A stretch of DNA of 64,000 nt. It comes from Heterodontus francisci (taxonomy: Eukaryota). The notes below the pieces were generated by a model. The model worked only from the letters and a program-made list of their open reading frames with translations. It did no database searches and had not been told where the DNA came from. Positions 59,958 to 64,000 of the stretch are shown in pieces. The DNA lies in contig NW_027140807.1 of the NCBI RefSeq assembly GCF_036365525.1, positions 1,612,001-1,676,000 of the forward strand, written 5' to 3'. How positions within the stretch are numbered: the stretch's first letter is position 1; each line of letters opens with the position of its first letter. The position numbers and the translations under genes were made by a program.

Positions 59958-62900
59958 TTACTGAGGGAAGTGGGATGGAGTGACTGCGGGAAGTGGAAGG
60001 GCGTGAATGAGGGAAGTTGGATGGAGTGACTGAGGGGAGTGGGATGGGGTGACTGAGGGAAGTGGGATGGAGTGACTGAGGTGAGTGGGATGGGGTGACT
60101 GAGGGGAGAGGGATGTGGTGACTGAGGGGACTGGGATGCAGTGACTAAGGAGAGTGGGATGATGTAATTGAGGGGAGTGGAATACATAGACTGAGGGGAC
60201 TGGGATGTAGTGACTGAGGGGAGTGGGATGTAGTGAATGAGAGGAGTGGGATGCACTGACTGAGGGGAGTGGGATGCAGTGACGGAGGGGAATGGGATGC
60301 AGTGACTGAGGGCAGTGGGATGCAGTAATTGAGGGGAGTGGGATGTAGTGACGGAAGGGAGTGGGATGCAGAGGCTGAGGGGATTGGGATGCAGTGACTG
60401 GGGAGTGGAATGCACTGATTGAGGGGTGTGGGATGCAGTGACTGAGGGGAGTGGGATGCAGTGACTGAGGGGAGTGGGATGCACTGATTGAGGGGAGTGG
60501 GATGTAGTGACTGAGAGGAGTGGGATGCAGTGGCTGAGGGGAGTGGGATTTGGTGACTGAGGGGAGTGGGATGTGGTGATTGAGGGGAGTGGGATGCAGT
60601 GGCTGAGGGGAGTGGGATGCAGTGACTGAGGGGAGTGGGATGATGTAATTGAGCGGAGTGGGATGCAGTAATTGAGGGAAGTGGGATGTAGAGACTGAGG
60701 GGAGTGGAATGCACTGATTGAGGGGTGTGGGATGCACCGATTGAGGGGAGTGGGATGCAGTGACTGAGAGGAGTGGGATGCTGTGGCTGAGGGGAGCGGG
60801 TTGCAGTAACTGAGAGGAGTGGGATGCACTGATTGAGGGGAGTGGGATGCAGTGACTGAGAGGAGTAGGATGCAGTGGCTGAGGGGTGTGGGTTGCAGTG
60901 ACTGAGGGGAGTGGGATGGGGTGACTGAGGGGAGTGGGATGTGGTGACTGAGGAGAGTGGGATGCTGTGACTGAGAGGAATGGGATGGAGGGACTGAGGG
61001 GAGTGGCATGATGTAATTGAGGGGAGTGGGATGCAGTGATTGAGGGGAGTGGGATGATGTAATTGAGTGGTGTGGGATGTGACATGGGCAGTGCGATGCA
61101 TGGACTGAGTGGAGTGGAATGTAGTGACTGAGGGAAGTGGGATGCAGTGACTGAGGGGTGTGGGATGTAGAGACCTAGGGGAGTGGGATGTAGAGACTGA
61201 GGGGAGTTGAATGTGGTGACTGAGGGGAGTGGGATGGGGTGACTGAGGGTAGTGGGATGCAGTGACTGAGGGGAGTGGGATGTAGAGACTGAGGGGAGTG
61301 GGATGTAGTGACTGAGGGGAGTGGGATGATGTAATTGAGTGGTGTGGGATGTCGTGACATGGGCAGTGCGATGCATGGACTGAGTGGAGTGGGATGTAGT
61401 GACTGAGGGAAGTGGGATGCAGTGACTGAGGGGTGTGGGATGTAGAGACCTAGGGGAGTGGGATGTAGAGACTGAGGGGAGTTGAATGTGGTGACTGAGG
61501 GGAGTGGGATGGGGTGACTGAGGGTAGTGGGATGCAGTGACTGAGGGGAGTGGGATGTAGAGACTGAGGGGAGTGGGATGTAGTGACTGAGGGGAGTGGG
61601 ATGATGTAATTGAGGGGAGTGGGATGCAGTGATTGAGGGGAGTGGGATGATGTAATTGAGTGGTGTGGGATGTCGTGACATGGGCAGTGCGATGCATGGA
61701 CTGAGTGGAGTGGGATGTAGTGACTGAGGGAAGTGGGATGCAGTGACTGAGGGGTGTGGGATGTAGAGACCTAGGGGAGTGGGATGTAGAGACTGAGGGG
61801 AGTTGAATGTGGTGACTGAGGGGAGTGGGATGCAGTGACTGAGGGGAGTGGGATGTAGAGACTGAGGGGAGTGGGATGTAGTGACTGAGGGGAGTGGGAT
61901 GCAGTGACTGAGGGGAGTTAGATGCAGTGACTGAGGGGAGTGGGATGATGTAATTAAGGGGAGTGGGATTAAGTGACTGAGGGGAGTCCGATGCATTGAC
62001 TAAGGGGACTGGGAAGTAATGATTGAGGGCAGTGGGAAGAAGTGATTAGGGGAGTGGCATGTAGTGAGTGAAGGGAGTGGGAAGTAGTGAGTGAGGGAAG
62101 TGGCGTGTAGTGAGTGAGGGGAGTGGGATGTAGAGACTGAGAGGAGTGCGATGTAGAGACTGAGGGGAGTGGCATGTAGTGGCTGAGGGGAGTGGGATGT
62201 AGTGACTGAGGGGAGTTGGATGCCGTGACTGAGGGGAGTTGGATGCCGTGACTGAGGGGAGTTGGATGCCGTGACTGAGGGGAGTGGGATGTAGAGACTG
62301 AGGGGAGTGGGATGCAGTGACTGAGGGGAGTGGGATGTAATGACTGAGGGGAGTGTGATGTTGAGACTGAGGGGAGTGGGATGTAGAAACTGAGGGGAGT
62401 GCGGTGTAGAGACTGAGGGGAGTGGGATGTAGTGGCTGAGGGGAGTGGGATGTAGAAACTGAGGGGAGTGCGGTGTAGAGACTGAGGGGAGTGGGATGTA
62501 GTGGCTGAGGGGAGTGGGATGTAGTGACTGAGGGGAGTTGGATGTAATGACTGAGGGGAGTGTGATGTTGAGACTGAGGGGAGTGGGATGTAGAAACTGA
62601 GGGGAGTGCGGTGTAGAGACTGAGGGGAGTGGGATGTAGTGGCTGAGGGGAGTGGGATGTAGAGACTGAGAGGAGTGGGATGTAGTGAATGAGGGGAGTT
62701 GGATGCCGTGAATGAGGGGAATGGGATGTAGAGACTGAGGGGAGTGCGATGTAGAGACTGAGGGGAGTTGGATGCCGTGACCGAGGGGAGTGAGATGTAG
62801 AGACTGAGAGGAGTGGGATGAGGTGACTGAGGGGAGTGGGAAACAGCGACTGAGGGTAGTATGAGACAGTGACTGAGGGGTGTGATACAGTCACTCAGGG

Positions 62901-64000
62901 AGTGTGATACAGTGACTGAGGGGAGTGTGATACATTGTCTGAGGGTAGTATGATGCAGTCACTGAGGGGTGTGTGATACAGTCACTCAGGGAGTGTGATA
63001 CAGTGACTGAGGGGAGTGTGATACAGTGACTGAGGGGTGTGATACAGTCACTCAGGGAGTGTGATACAGTGACTGAGGGGAGTGGGAAACAGCGACTGAG
63101 GGTAGTATGAGACAGTGACTGAGGGGTGTGTGATACATTCACTCAGGGAGTGTGATACAGTGACTGAGGGGAGTGTGATACAGTGTCTGAGGGTAGTATG
63201 ATGCAGTCACTGAGGGGTGTGTGATACATTCACTCAGGGAGTGTGATACAGTTACTGAGGGGAGTGTGATACAGTGTCTGAGGGTAGTATGATGCAGTCA
63301 CTGAGGGGTGTGTGATACAGTCACTCAGGGAGTGTGATACAGTGACTGAGGGGAGTGTGATACAGTGACTGAGGGGAGTGTGATACAGTGTCTGAGGGTA
63401 GTATGGTGCAGTCACTGAGGGGAGTGTGATACAGTGTCTGAGGGGGATGTGATACAGTGACAGAGGGGAGTGTGATACAGTGACTCAGGGAGTGTGATAC
63501 AGTGACTGAGGGGAGTGTGATACAGTTACGGAGGGGAGTGTGATACACTGACTGAGGGGAGTGGGATACAGTGACTGAGGGGAGTGTGATACAGTTACGG
63601 AGGGGAGTGTGATACACTGACTGAGGTGAGTGGGACACAATGACTGAAGGGAGTGTGATACAGTGACTGAGGGTAGTATGATACAGTCACTGAGGGGATG
63701 TGATGCAGCGACTGAGGGTAGTGTGATACAGAGTCTGAGGGGGATGTGATACAGTGACTGAGCGTAGTGTGATACAGAGTCTGAGGGGGATGTGATACAG
63801 TGACTGAGCGTAGTGTGATACAGAGTCTGAGGGGGATGTGATACAGTGACTGAGGGTAGTGTGATACAATGACAGAGGAAGTGTGATACTGTGACAGAGG
63901 GGAGTGTGATGCAGTGTGTAAGGGGAGTGTGATGCAGTGACTGAGGGGAGCATGATACAGTGACTGAGGGGAGTGTGATGCAGTCACTCAGGGAGTGTGA
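59958..64000. repeat. ~23-bp minisatellite of >4 kb, shifting to the variant GTGACTGAGGGGAGTGTGATACA after ~62850
   Basis: Direct tandem copies to the end of the window. Confidence 0.96.

Noticed and set aside
57546-63987. Long His/Pro/Ser/Thr-rich minus-strand ORFs (up to 579 aa) resembling mucins
   Set aside because: They are translations of a 23-bp minisatellite, open in several overlapping frames, antisense to the host gene and without splice structure

Overview
Eukaryotic (vertebrate) genomic DNA, almost certainly from a cartilaginous fish (HE1/V-SINE-type SINEs, CR1-like and Penelope-like retroelement fragments). Positions ~0.6-48 kb are an unrearranged germline array of 16 T-cell-receptor V segments (V1-V16 here). 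All are on the minus strand, all have a 23-bp-spacer RSS, and most have a recognisable leader exon and phase-1 intron. Protein motifs (SQTIHQ...CTVEG...FYS...RP...CAWS) point to TCR beta. No D, J or C segment is seen; they presumably lie to the left. Only five segments look fully intact (V4, V6, V9, V10, V12), one per family. The others carry stops, frameshifts, deletions, a Trp41 substitution or mutated RSS heptamers, and sit in nested tandem duplications. From ~52.7 kb a plus-strand, head-to-head gene encodes a signal peptide, two tandem UMOD/GP2/OIT3-type cysteine-rich (D8C/D10C) domains and a Ser/Thr/Glu-rich linker; it probably continues beyond the window. Highlights: an expanded TRBV30-like family; an intact atypical V (V12: Trp41 replaced by Tyr, short CDR2 with a Cys pair); co-oriented CTCF-like sites beside the RSSs, including a 4-copy tandem array; hammerhead-ribozyme motifs of Penelope-like elements; and the double-D10C GP2-like gene. 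All coordinates were read by eye. Most long ORFs in the track are artefacts of minisatellites.
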